Assembly (NCBI GenBank): GCA_030614005.1
Contig: JAUWKS010000041.1
Coordinates: 1-29,538, forward strand
DNA length: 29,538 nucleotides
Direction: 5' to 3'
DNA from: Candidatus Heimdallarchaeota archaeon
GTDB lineage: Archaea > Asgardarchaeota > Heimdallarchaeia > JABLTI01
A program made the position numbers and the translations under genes. Shown here one piece after another: positions 1 through 9,198 of this stretch (the first letter of the stretch is position 1; every line of letters begins with the position of its first letter). Under the pieces are notes generated by a model. That model saw only the letters and a list, made by a program, of their open reading frames with translations, had not been told where the DNA came from and searched no databases.

Positions 1-2
1 AA

Positions 3-89
3 TTCTTGGCAATCTGCCATAATAAATTAGGAAACAAAGATAAAGCTGCAACGTATGAAACAAAGTATAGAGCTATGGTAAAACAATAA
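3..89 (+). CDS. 3' end of a gene entering from the left edge; TPR-like C-terminal helix
   Basis: Frame 3 reads FLAICHNKLGNKDKAATYETKYRAMVKQ*, resembling the TPR pattern LA..Y..LG...KA..Y; T-rich tract follows at about 103-116. Only 28 codons visible. Confidence 0.4.
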   Translation, partial: FLAICHNKLGNKDKAATYETKYRAMVKQ

Positions 90-167
90 CTCTTCTCCAT
101 ACTTTTTTCTTTTTTTATATTTCGGGTGGAGTTTCATCCAATATAGATTTCCTTCTCACTTTCCTAA

Positions 168-869
168 CTATGTTTTTTGAGCGAAAAGTATGTAGTGACC
201 AGATCCTTTCTTTTTATTAATTCTGTCAATTGTTATTGGTGGAGAGTACCATTCTTTATAGTAGAGATCTTTAAATTCAAAATCCTTGAAGAATTCAAAA
301 ACATCTTCTAGTTTGAAGAAGAAATGAGGAATACCTTTCTCTGGTTCTTCTAATTTGATGATTGTCTGCTCATCTACTATTCCTTCTCCATAAAATGGTA
401 TATTGGGATCTTTAGTAAGTAATGTTAGAAATAGGAATCCACCTGGTTTAAGCACTCGAGATATTTCAGATATTGTTTTAATTACATCGTGTTTGTAAGC
501 ATGATAGATAACATTGAAAGCGATAACTAGATCAAAATTATTTTCTGGATAAGGTAATTCAGTCATCTTTCCTTGTTCTACTTGTGCTTCCAAACCTTCT
601 TCTTTCAACCACTCTTTAGTACTTCTCACTGCTTCTTTAGAGATATCTAAAGCAGAGACGTCATAACCAATCGATGAGAAATAAACTGTATGACGACCAA
701 CACCACAACCTAGATCTAAAACTTTAGCAGGTGGTTTTTCAATATCATAAATTAAATTCATTATGTTTCCGTTAGGTCTCTTCCAAAAAGTAAAATCTTT
801 CACTTTCTTCCAATCCCAACCTACTTGCAGTGATTTTCTAGTCAAATACATCAACCCAGAGAAGTGCAA
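168..869 (-). CDS. Class I SAM-dependent methyltransferase
   Basis: Motif I VLDLGCGVGRH, acidic post-I LDIS, FDLVIA, LKPGG; real start may be a few codons downstream of the ORF-track start. Confidence 0.9.
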   Translation of the reverse strand: MHFSGLMYLTRKSLQVGWDWKKVKDFTFWKRPNGNIMNLIYDIEKPPAKVLDLGCGVGRHTVYFSSIGYDVSALDISKEAVRSTKEWLKEEGLEAQVEQGKMTELPYPENNFDLVIAFNVIYHAYKHDVIKTISEISRVLKPGGFLFLTLLTKDPNIPFYGEGIVDEQTIIKLEEPEKGIPHFFFKLEDVFEFFKDFEFKDLYYKEWYSPPITIDRINKKKGSGHYILFAQKT

Positions 870-1011
870 TAACTTTCATCAACAAAAAAATGTTTTCATC
901 GATATATTTGAAGAGAAAATTACTTTTCTACATAATTAAACATTCATTATATTTTTAAATACAAAGAGCTATTTTTTTATAGAAAAGGATTTTTCTTAGA
1001 AGGTAACAAAA

Positions 1012-1719
1012 GTGAAAGAGAGAGATAAAAATAGATGTGGACTACTCTTACTGTTCTTATTATTGTCTTTGATATTCATTAGCGTAAATGGCGTTACAGC
1101 AAAACAACATACATTTAGTCTCTCCTATAGAGATTATTACGCAATATCCTCTGAAAAGGAGATTGGTAGGACAGGAGGAATAGTATGGTCCTTTGAAGGT
1201 TCAAATACCTATGTTGGTATTTCTGTTTGGATTCTTGATAAAGGCAATTTTACAAAGTACTCTGAGGGAAATCCAAGTTTGGGATTTGAAGTATCAAATG
1301 GTACTTATTATAGTGCTTCTGGTTCTTGGACACCACATAAAAATGATGAATGGTATATTGTATTTATACATGTAGATGAGGATATTCTACAAACTACAAC
1401 TGTTACTGCTGAAGTTACAATTATTACTGGAGGATTAATTGCTGGGATTATTGCATTAATAATTGGTATACCATCATTAATTACTGTTTTAGGAATTATA
1501 TTGGTTGTAGTATTAATTTTTCGAAAAAAGAAAACACAACAACACTATCCGGAGGTTATCAGCGGAATAGATGGGACTTCTTCAATTGAACAACCTCAGG
1601 ACCAAACTACGTCCCAAACAAATGCTACTTCAGATATCTTTTGTGGAAAATGTGGCGCTAGAAGTTCTAGAGATAGTATTTACTGTGGAAAATGTGGTTC
1701 GAAATTATACAAACCATAA
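1012..1719 (+). CDS. Type I membrane protein: signal peptide, extracellular beta-sandwich domain, TM helix, cytoplasmic double zinc ribbon
   Basis: Hydrophobic N-terminus; TM about LIAGIIALIIGIPSLITVLGIILVVVLIF followed by RKKK; C-terminal CGKCG-x9-CGKCG; ectodomain aligns by eye with that of 15349..16278. Confidence 0.75.
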   Translation: MKERDKNRCGLLLLFLLLSLIFISVNGVTAKQHTFSLSYRDYYAISSEKEIGRTGGIVWSFEGSNTYVGISVWILDKGNFTKYSEGNPSLGFEVSNGTYYSASGSWTPHKNDEWYIVFIHVDEDILQTTTVTAEVTIITGGLIAGIIALIIGIPSLITVLGIILVVVLIFRKKKTQQHYPEVISGIDGTSSIEQPQDQTTSQTNATSDIFCGKCGARSSRDSIYCGKCGSKLYKP

Positions 1720-1843
1720 TTCTCTTTTATTCTTTACCAATCCATCATCAATTTTCCAAGGAAAATTGCTTCTTTACAATACACAAATGACTAATAAAAA
1801 GTAACTGGGGAATTGTTTTATTCTCAAAAGAAGAGTTTGTATT

Positions 1844-2725
1844 ATGAGCAAAATTAAAATTGTAGTTGATTCAACCTGTGATTTAGATATTGAACTTGCA
1901 GAAAAATATGATATTGCTCTCGTTCCATTTTCTATTATTATTGGTGACGAATTGTACAAAGAGAATGTTACGATAACAAAAGAAGAATTCTACAAGATGA
2001 TGCAAACATCCAAGCATCATCCCCAAACGGGGCTCCCACGACCTACGGAGTTCTTTGAAATATTTGACAAATTTTTGAAAGAGGGTCGAGAAATCGTTTG
2101 CTTAACAATATCTGGCGCATTTAGTGGCACCTACAATAGTGCAATGGTTAGTAGTAAAATGTTGGATCAGGAAAAAATACATCTTGTTGATTCTCGAAAT
2201 TCTACTTTAGGTCTAGGACTACTGACGCTTGAGGCTGCAAAGATGGCTGAAAAAGGTTCTTCGGCAAAAGAAATCGTAGAACATTTACAGAAAGCAATTC
2301 CAAAAACTCGAACTCTTGCTATGGCTGGTACACTTGAATGGTTGCAAAAAGGAGGACGAATAGGTAAAGCTCAATGGTTAGTTGGTTCCTTACTGGGCTT
2401 CAAACCGTTCATCGGTATTGAAGATGGAGTCGTAACTGGATTTGGTAGGACACGAGGGTTGGAAAGTGCAATGAAAATTCTGAAATTTGTAGGAATGAAA
2501 GCACTCAAGGATCCTGAAGTAAAAACGTTGATGGTAGGATATACGACTCTTCCAGAAGAGGCAGAAGAGCTAGCTAATTATTTCCGAGATGAAGCCTCGC
2601 AAAAAGAAGTTATTTTAACTCGCTTAGGAGCTGCTTTAGGAACTCAAGTAGGACCTGGTTGTTTTGGTTTAGGTTGGATTGGTGAGTTTGATAAAAAGTG
2701 GTTAAAGAATAAAAATTCAAAGTGA
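1844..2725 (+). CDS. degV: DegV/FakB-family fatty-acid-binding protein
   Basis: IVVDSTCDL N-terminus, PQTGLP (variant of TSQP), ISGAFSGTYNSA, LEWLQKGGRIG, LGTQVGPG; 293 aa. Confidence 0.93.
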   Translation: MSKIKIVVDSTCDLDIELAEKYDIALVPFSIIIGDELYKENVTITKEEFYKMMQTSKHHPQTGLPRPTEFFEIFDKFLKEGREIVCLTISGAFSGTYNSAMVSSKMLDQEKIHLVDSRNSTLGLGLLTLEAAKMAEKGSSAKEIVEHLQKAIPKTRTLAMAGTLEWLQKGGRIGKAQWLVGSLLGFKPFIGIEDGVVTGFGRTRGLESAMKILKFVGMKALKDPEVKTLMVGYTTLPEEAEELANYFRDEASQKEVILTRLGAALGTQVGPGCFGLGWIGEFDKKWLKNKNSK

Positions 2726-2758
2726 TTTAGGGTTTTCCGAAAAATGAAAAAAAGAAAG

Positions 2759-2804
2759 TGATCTTATTTCAGTTTATCTTTAACCTAACTGAAATAGCAG
2801 ATCA
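2759..2804. terminator. Imperfect hairpin downstream of degV
   Basis: tatttcagtt (2765-2774) pairs with aactgaaata (2787-2796); outer tgatc/gatca arms. Confidence 0.4.
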
Positions 2805-2812
2805 TATTCATA

Positions 2813-2911
2813 TTACTGATTATCTTTCTTACTCCTAATAATACCTGCAATATTGATAGTCAGAACTATTAGTAATGTCAATACACCAAAACCACTGATG
2901 CCAATAGATAG
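2813..2911 (-). pseudogene. Orphan C-terminal membrane-anchor remnant of a lost surface protein
   Basis: Reads LSIGISGFGVLTLLIVLTINIAGIIRSKKDNQ* (hydrophobic helix plus basic tail, like intact anchors in this window); in-frame stop immediately upstream (2912-2914), no start. Confidence 0.3.
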
Positions 2912-3166
2912 CTATATTGAAAGATACATTGGATGACTGTCCCAATCAAGAGGATTAGTATTGAGAATTCTCTTGATTGACGAAAATTAGTCGTTTAATA
3001 ATACAAGTAATTTTCCTACATGTGGTTGAGGGGAGAGATAAATAACGCAATAGAACCAGTTCTTATTATATTTTCACCTGTACGAAGACGTAGATCTGAA
3101 GGTGATTGGGAAAAGAATTTTATTGTCTGGGGAATAATAGACTTTCAATAAGAGAGTGAAAAAAGA

Positions 3167-4305
3167 ATGCATTACAGACAACTAGGAAAAACAGGTATAA
3201 AGACATCTATTTTGGGTTTTGGTGCCATGCGCCTACCTACATCAAAACCTGATGATCCAACGTCAATTATAGAAGACGAAGCAATAAAGATCATTCGTCA
3301 AGCTATAGATGGTGGAGTAAATTTCGTTGATTCGGCTTATGTTTATCATCGTGGCCAAAGTGAAGTCCTTGTAGGAAAAGCTCTGAAAGACGGCTATCGT
3401 GAAAAAGTTAGCATTATGACCAAGAATCCTGTAAGAAAGGTAGAGAAAACTGAGGATTATGAGAAACTTCTGGACGAAGAATTAGAGCGATACGATACAG
3501 AGTATATAGATGTTTATCTTTTCCATGGTTTAACTTGGGAACGATATGAAGAAAAAGTTTTGAAATTAGGTTTATTAGATAGAGCAAAAGCGGTGAAAAA
3601 AGAAGGGAAAATTAGACATATTGGTATATCCTCTCATGACAAACCCGAGAATATCATAAAATTGCTCGATACAGGGGAATTTGAAGTAGTTCTTGTGCAG
3701 TACAATATACTTGATAATAATAACGCAGAAGTAATTGATCATGCAGCAAAGTTAGGTATAGGAGTTATTATAATGGGCCCCGTAGCTGGTGGAAGATTAG
3801 CTTTGGAACCCCCTGAGGAATTAACAGAATATCTTGCACCCGGAAAAGAAACATTCGTAGATTTAGCTTTCAGACATGTTTGGAGCAACCCTAATGTTTC
3901 TATCGCACTCTCAGTATGGGCGATGAAGATATGGTTACAACAAATCTGGAACTTGCTACTAATGAGATTATCACATTAACTGATGCCGAGAAAGAGCATG
4001 TCAAAATAATTGGAGATACTTACAAAAAATTATCTGATTTGATTTGCACTCAATGTGGCTATTGCGAACCGTGCGAACAAGAAGTAAATATCAAACAATC
4101 TCTCAAACAATTAATTCACTGGGACGTCTACAAATGGGATATGGCCAAGAGATATTACAATATGATAGGTAAATCACCCATGTTCCCTGGAAAGAATGCA
4201 ACAGCCTGTACAGAATGTGGTGAATGTGAAGAAAAGTGCCCACAAGGGATACCAATTATTGAGAAATTAAAGGAAGCACATGAAAAACTAGCTATTAAGG
4301 AATAA
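3167..4305 (+). CDS. Aldo/keto reductase with C-terminal 4Fe-4S dicluster domain; one frameshift at about 3914
   Basis: GFGAMRLP, DSAYVY, MTKN, YLFHG (D/Y/K/H tetrad); CTQCGYCEPC and CTECGECEEKCP in the second ORF. Restoring one G (tcaGgtatg) gives the conserved ALSGM and a 379-aa ORF joining track ORFs 3167..3979 and 3916..4305. Confidence 0.9.
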
Positions 4306-4314
4306 AAGAAAATG

Positions 4315-4358
4315 GAGCTTCAACTAGTGATAAAATTCTATCAACATAGTTGAGGTTC
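4315..4358. terminator. Hairpin between convergent AKR and cupin genes
   Basis: caacta/tagttg and tgata/tatca arms with G-U-compatible outer stem, filling most of the 57-bp convergent gap. Confidence 0.45.
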
Positions 4359-4362
4359 TACT

Positions 4363-4725
4363 TTATTGCTTTCGTTCTTCCAAGAATTTTGAGGGAGTAG
4401 TAGGTTTTGGAGCTTTAATTACTAAAACTCTTAACAGCGCATCACTCTCATTATACCAACAATGAACAATATTTGCCGGACTTTCAATCAAAGTACCTTC
4501 TTCTACTTCCTTCTTCTCAACCCCTACCAATACTACTCCTTTCCCTTCGAGAACATAGAACGCCACATCTACTGGGGTCAAGTGTCTTCGTAATGATTCT
4601 CCCGGTTTTAGGAATAGCTGAATAATTATCGCATTCGGATGACTATAGAGCTTTTTTGCTTTTACTCCGTGAGGCGTTTCATAATCGGGTTCGTTTTCAA
4701 TATTTCTTGTAATCATATTCATCAA
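4363..4725 (-). CDS. Cupin domain protein
   Basis: Cupin motif 1 LKPGESLRRHLTP..VAFYVLEGKG and motif 2 GTLIESPANIVHCWYN. Confidence 0.88.
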   Translation of the reverse strand: MMNMITRNIENEPDYETPHGVKAKKLYSHPNAIIIQLFLKPGESLRRHLTPVDVAFYVLEGKGVVLVGVEKKEVEEGTLIESPANIVHCWYNESDALLRVLVIKAPKPTTPSKFLEERKQ

Positions 4726-4793
4726 CTTTTAATTGCTAAGAGTTACTCTTTAAATTGCTTCTTTATAAAATATAACCGATCTTAATTTATCTC

Positions 4794-4819
4794 GAAGGTT
4801 ATTCGCTGAAATAACCTTC
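4794..4819. promoter_or_regulatory. Perfect 10-bp inverted repeat with 6-nt spacer in the divergent cupin / HEAT-Schlafen intergenic region
   Basis: gaaggttatt-cgctga-aataaccttc; the repeat is certain, the function is inferred. Confidence 0.45.
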
Positions 4820-4893
4820 TGGATTGGCTGGTCAAACTCAGATTTTATTGGAAAGCTTTTTGTTAATTATAACAGTAATTTATTTGGTTAATT

Positions 4894-6129
4894 ATGGTAG
4901 ACTCAAAAGAAAGGGAACGATATGAAAAATTAATTAGAGGAATTAAGAAAAAAGCAGGATATATATTACCTGAAGATTCGTTGAAAAAAAAGCGATCTCC
5001 TAAAGATAGAATTGATGATTGCATTAAACTAATTAAATACGAGAAAAATTATGAGAAAGTAAGCTCAGCAATTAAATACCTCAAAGTGAAAAGAGTTGAG
5101 AGAGCTTTAGATCCTTTAATAGAAAGACTAGAAAATGAACAAGAAGTTCAGATAAGGTGTGAGATAATACAAGCTCTTGGTGGGATTGGAGCTCAACCCA
5201 AAAGAATTTTACCGATTTTAGAAGAGATTCTACTAAAAGACCCTAATAAAGAAGTACGCCAAACAGTTCCGAAAGCTTTTGCATTTTTCGGTGATAAATC
5301 TAAAAAAATTCTACTCAATGCGCTTTTTAGGTCAACAGGAAAAGTGCGTTATATGATTATAATGGTACTAATTCACATCGAGCTTGATAAAGAGAAACTA
5401 ATTAATCTTTTTCGAAAAGAAATGGCAGTTGCTAAAACACCATTTGATAGATATTCATATGCTAGTGGTTTGGTAGAATTGGAAGGAGTAGAAAGCAGTG
5501 CTTTGAAAATTATTAATGATTTAATTGAATCAAATAAATTATCTACTGAACAAATTCTTGATTTTGATTCTATTTATGAATTGAATAATGATGAAAAAAA
5601 CAGACAAAAGCAAGCTCAACAGAAATTTAGAGAGTTTATTAATAAAATTACAAATACACACGAAACTGATCACATTGAATTCAAATCTACTTTTACAGGT
5701 GCCTCAAAAAATAAAAACATCGCTCAAGAATCAAAATTCCGGATTGCTCGAGCAATTGCATCCTTTATGAATTCAAAAGGTGGATATCTTTTCATTGGTG
5801 TAAATGATGATGGTGTGATAATTGGGTTAGATAGAGATTACAAAATTCTAAAAGGAGACAATAAGAAAGATGCTTTTAAACAAGAGCTTGCTCAAATTAT
5901 CAACAAACACATAGGCGCAATCTATCACAACTTCATCGATGTGAAATTCGCGAAATATTTTACCTATGAAATTTGTATGATTAGGGTTAAGACCTGTCCT
6001 GAATTGGTGCCAATAATTGATCTTAAAGGACAGAAGCATTTTGTTATTCGAACCATTAATAGAACATACACTCTTGAGTCACATGAGATCGATAAATATA
6101 ATGATATTCGAGCATCAAAACTTCATTAA
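4894..6129 (+). CDS. HEAT-repeat + Schlafen/AlbA_2 domain fusion protein
   Basis: HEAT/PBS-lyase-like repeats (ALDPLIERL...QIRCEIIQALGGIG; ILPILEEIL...EVRQTVPKAFAFFG); AlbA_2 signature ETDHIEFKS (E257, E262, K264) and IASFMNSKGGYLFIGVNDDG. Confidence 0.85.
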   Translation: MVDSKERERYEKLIRGIKKKAGYILPEDSLKKKRSPKDRIDDCIKLIKYEKNYEKVSSAIKYLKVKRVERALDPLIERLENEQEVQIRCEIIQALGGIGAQPKRILPILEEILLKDPNKEVRQTVPKAFAFFGDKSKKILLNALFRSTGKVRYMIIMVLIHIELDKEKLINLFRKEMAVAKTPFDRYSYASGLVELEGVESSALKIINDLIESNKLSTEQILDFDSIYELNNDEKNRQKQAQQKFREFINKITNTHETDHIEFKSTFTGASKNKNIAQESKFRIARAIASFMNSKGGYLFIGVNDDGVIIGLDRDYKILKGDNKKDAFKQELAQIINKHIGAIYHNFIDVKFAKYFTYEICMIRVKTCPELVPIIDLKGQKHFVIRTINRTYTLESHEIDKYNDIRASKLH

Positions 6130-6307
6130 TATTGAAAGTAACTTGTACTGAAAGAAATTTCCAAGATGTTTCTTCCATGACTAAAACAAAAGAAGAGATA
6201 ATAGACCTAAACAAAATAAAAAAATGATGATGTATGAATTTTGCATCTTCTCTTTCTACATTCAAATAGCTGTTTTTTGAAACAAAGTTTATCATTTAAC
6301 AAATTAA

Positions 6308-6754
6308 TTGATTTTTATGGTAGAAGAACTATTAGCTCAAAAATCCGCTCAAGTTTTAAAGGCGTTATATAATCACTCGTATAAGGAGCTTACTCGAGAT
6401 GAGATCATCATAGAGATGAGTAAAGAGATTACGTTTATACCAATTAATGCATCTGACTTTAAAATCATATTAGATAATTTACAAAGTCATGATTATATAA
6501 CCGAAATTTTTACTGTGGCTAATGTTTTAGATCTTGATTCCAATGCTGAAACTAAGTATAAAGTAACTAGTGCAGGTATAAGTCGATGTACACAAATAAT
6601 TTCCCAGATGGAAAGCAGAGCTTTTGCCCAAATTGATTTTGAAAGTGAATACGAATCTAGAAAGAAAAGCAACCGAAGATGGCTTATTGGTTGTGCTATT
6701 GCTTTTGTAGTTTTAATGATAGTAATGATAGCTGTTATTCTAGCAAGTGGTTAA
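6308..6754 (+). CDS. Winged-helix-like protein with a single C-terminal TM helix
   Basis: QVLKALY...LTRDEI...DFKIILDNLQSHDYI...YKVTSAG fits a wHTH pattern; hydrophobic WLIGCAIAFVVLMIVMIAVILA after RKKSNRR. ATG at 6317 is a likely start. Confidence 0.65.
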   Translation: MIFMVEELLAQKSAQVLKALYNHSYKELTRDEIIIEMSKEITFIPINASDFKIILDNLQSHDYITEIFTVANVLDLDSNAETKYKVTSAGISRCTQIISQMESRAFAQIDFESEYESRKKSNRRWLIGCAIAFVVLMIVMIAVILASG

Positions 6755-6821
6755 TTCTTAGTTTATTACTTGAAAAGATTTGATTAACAAGTCTTAAATA
6801 TTAATTTGGAAGTTAACTTTT

Positions 6822-8045
6822 ATGCGCAAATTTGTTATTGAAGAACAGTCAAAGGAATGGCTCTTTGATTTAGATGGAAATGTCTATCATCCAAATCTTC
6901 GAGATAAAATAGAGAACGGTATGGTAGTAGGTCTAAGACTAACTGAACGAGAGATTCCATCAAACGAGAGAATAGATATCATTGACAAATTCAAGAATTA
7001 CAACAAATTACACAAAGAGTATTCTGAATATCACGAAAGTGAAAATCAGAGGAAAGAGGATTTAAAGAAAGAAATTAGCAAAATTATTGTTGAATTTGAG
7101 GGACAAAAAGAAAGCCTAAAACAAGAAAAAGTGAAAATTGAGAAAGAAATCAGTGATTTAAAAGAACACACAAAAGACGAGGAAAAAAACAAACAGCAAT
7201 TTAAAGAAAAAATGATTTCCTTTGGCAAGGAGCTTGGGGAAATTAATAAGAATCTGAGGGATAAAGAAAGGCATATTGCTAACCTAAAAGAAGCTACTAA
7301 ACACAATCCAGCCTATAAGAAAAGATATCTGATTGATGAACATAATTTTGACAAAGAGTTGTTTGAAGATAGGTTTGATTATGATAAATTTGAAGAGCTT
7401 GAGAACTTATTTTTCGAAGTCCCAACGAAAGATAGACCTTGGTGTGAGACTATTTTCTTCAAAGTTGTAAAAAGAGTTGGGGATAAATTATATGGGGATG
7501 TACTCAGTAAATTTCGGAGGAAAAATAGTAAATGTCCTTTAAAAGATGGGGATAGAATTTCCTTTTATGCGAAGAATATCTTTTTAGTACCCAGTATATT
7601 AAATAAAAGAAGTAAATTGAAATCTTATTTACAGACTGATTTCAGCTATAAATTCTATCGTTCGAATAGAATAACGGATTGGGATGGTGTTTTTCTGGAT
7701 TTAAAATCAAGAGAGTTAATTGGAAGAGGTTCTACTGTTCGATTCCAATTGAAAGAAGCAAATCATAGCTCGAATATTCATTATGCAATTATCTTAAAAC
7801 AAGAAGGAAAATATTTTTGGGGTGAAATATTAGATTACTACATTGTTATAGAAGAGAAAATTACTGACCCAGTAAAAATTGGTTGTATCTACAAATTTAG
7901 TAAAGAGAGTATAACTGAAATACCAATTATGTGGAACAAACATATACCCGAGCTGGAAAAATACAAGAATAGAGAAAATTTTGGTTATCCTATTACAGGA
8001 TATAGACTGGATGATAATTATTATGATTTAGAGGAACTACAATAG
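6822..8045 (+). CDS. Hypothetical protein: two tandem small beta-barrel-like repeats (DUF2314-like pattern), first repeat interrupted by a long charged, largely coiled-coil insert
   Basis: FDLDGNVYHPNLRDKIENGMVVGLRL matches TDWDGVFLDLKSRELIGRGSTVRFQL; KLYGDVL..F...PLKDGDRISF..KNI matches YFWGEIL..Y...PVKIGCIYKF..ESI; E/K-rich heptad region at about aa 70-160. Confidence 0.75.
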   Translation: MRKFVIEEQSKEWLFDLDGNVYHPNLRDKIENGMVVGLRLTEREIPSNERIDIIDKFKNYNKLHKEYSEYHESENQRKEDLKKEISKIIVEFEGQKESLKQEKVKIEKEISDLKEHTKDEEKNKQQFKEKMISFGKELGEINKNLRDKERHIANLKEATKHNPAYKKRYLIDEHNFDKELFEDRFDYDKFEELENLFFEVPTKDRPWCETIFFKVVKRVGDKLYGDVLSKFRRKNSKCPLKDGDRISFYAKNIFLVPSILNKRSKLKSYLQTDFSYKFYRSNRITDWDGVFLDLKSRELIGRGSTVRFQLKEANHSSNIHYAIILKQEGKYFWGEILDYYIVIEEKITDPVKIGCIYKFSKESITEIPIMWNKHIPELEKYKNRENFGYPITGYRLDDNYYDLEELQ

Positions 8046-8102
8046 TATTTCGAAAAAATGAAAGAATAACTATCATCTCACTTCTCTCTTTCTACATAAA
8101 TT

Positions 8103-8891
8103 TCATTTTATCTTTCTCTTTAAACATGTTATTTCAATCATAGTTATTAATCCCATAGACCCATAAATTACCGGACATAAATGATATGAATATTCATGAA
8201 AACCAGCAAGCAGATATCGCCATAAGATACGTTCTTCTATATTACCATATAGATAGAAAATAGAACCTTGATGATATAATTCTATAATGTTCAATATATA
8301 TGTAAAGGTAAAGATTATGGAAATCGCTAATAGGAACGCTATCGATTTCGGAAATCTTGTGCTCCAATAATTCTTCTTATATCCCTTTTTCAGAGCTATT
8401 CCAAACAATAAAAGAGATATTGATAGTATTGGCAATTCTAATAACATTTGAAAATCAAATAACAAAAACATCTGCCATTCTTTCTCATTTAGTATGCTAC
8501 TTTGTATAGATGCTTTTATAGCAGGAATTTGATAAATAGCTGCTAGAGTAGTGATTGTTACTATAATTAATCCTACCATAAGAAATTGTAGAATTCCTGA
8601 TGCAATAAGCAATTTCCGTATTTTTTTATCAGATACTTGTCTGCTGATTTTTTGCAAACCAATTCCAAAAAATAATCCACCAAGTAAAAGTAGAGTGACT
8701 TGGATAATCATTAGAATGAATATTGGCATATATGTAAATTCAAAGACACTATTTATTAACAGAATAACAACGTAGAGACTTATTGATGTTATGTATCTTA
8801 GAATTAATGAGCTTGTACTAATAGTGAATGAATTATTGCTTCTTTGATCTAAATAAAAAATATTCTTAAAATCATTTGTTGTGGTATTCAT
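8103..8891 (-). CDS. Multi-pass membrane protein, unknown function
   Basis: 262 aa with about 6 hydrophobic segments; ATG start; no family motif recognised. Confidence 0.75.
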   Translation of the reverse strand: MNTTTNDFKNIFYLDQRSNNSFTISTSSLILRYITSISLYVVILLINSVFEFTYMPIFILMIIQVTLLLLGGLFFGIGLQKISRQVSDKKIRKLLIASGILQFLMVGLIIVTITTLAAIYQIPAIKASIQSSILNEKEWQMFLLFDFQMLLELPILSISLLLFGIALKKGYKKNYWSTRFPKSIAFLLAISIIFTFTYILNIIELYHQGSIFYLYGNIEERILWRYLLAGFHEYSYHLCPVIYGSMGLITMIEITCLKRKIK

Positions 8892-9022
8892 TTTGATCCT
8901 CTCTCAAAGGATTTTTACCTTTTGCTGTGATTTTTTGTTCACTACAAATATATAGGTTCTGCGATATATAAACCTTATTTCAATTTAGAAGAAATAATTT
9001 GCGATCTCTAACAAACTGTAAC

Positions 9023-9175
9023 TACTGTATTGGTGATGTTCTACGCGACTTCCGTCAAATTGACAGTGAATGCCCTCTAAAGGAAGATGATCCAATAAAA
9101 ATTAGGTGTTTATACAAATTTAGTAAAGAGAGTAATACTGAACTACCCTTCCTTCTCTTCACAAAAATTTTTTAA
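9023..9175 (+). pseudogene. Internally deleted remnant of a paralogue of 6822..8045
   Basis: Reads IGDVLRDFRQIDSECPLKEDDPIKIRCLYKFSKESNTELP: first half matches repeat 1 (YGDVLSKFRRKNSKCPLKDGD, 7491-7553), second half matches repeat 2 (DPVKIGCIYKFSKESITEIP, 7866-7925); tacaaatttagtaaagagagt is identical. Confidence 0.65.
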
Positions 9176-9198
9176 ACTTTTAAGAAGAAGTCTTCTTC

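Noticed and set aside
3074-3105. Small hairpin tcacct-tacg-aaga-cgta-aggtga upstream of the AKR; considered a C/D-box or other sRNA
   Set aside because: Only short stems; a CTGA is present but no convincing box C at a suitable distance.
6177-6227. 16-codon ORF MTKTKEEIIDLNKIKK and a signal-peptide-like stretch near 22370-22475
   Set aside because: Too short and no homologue within the window to anchor them.
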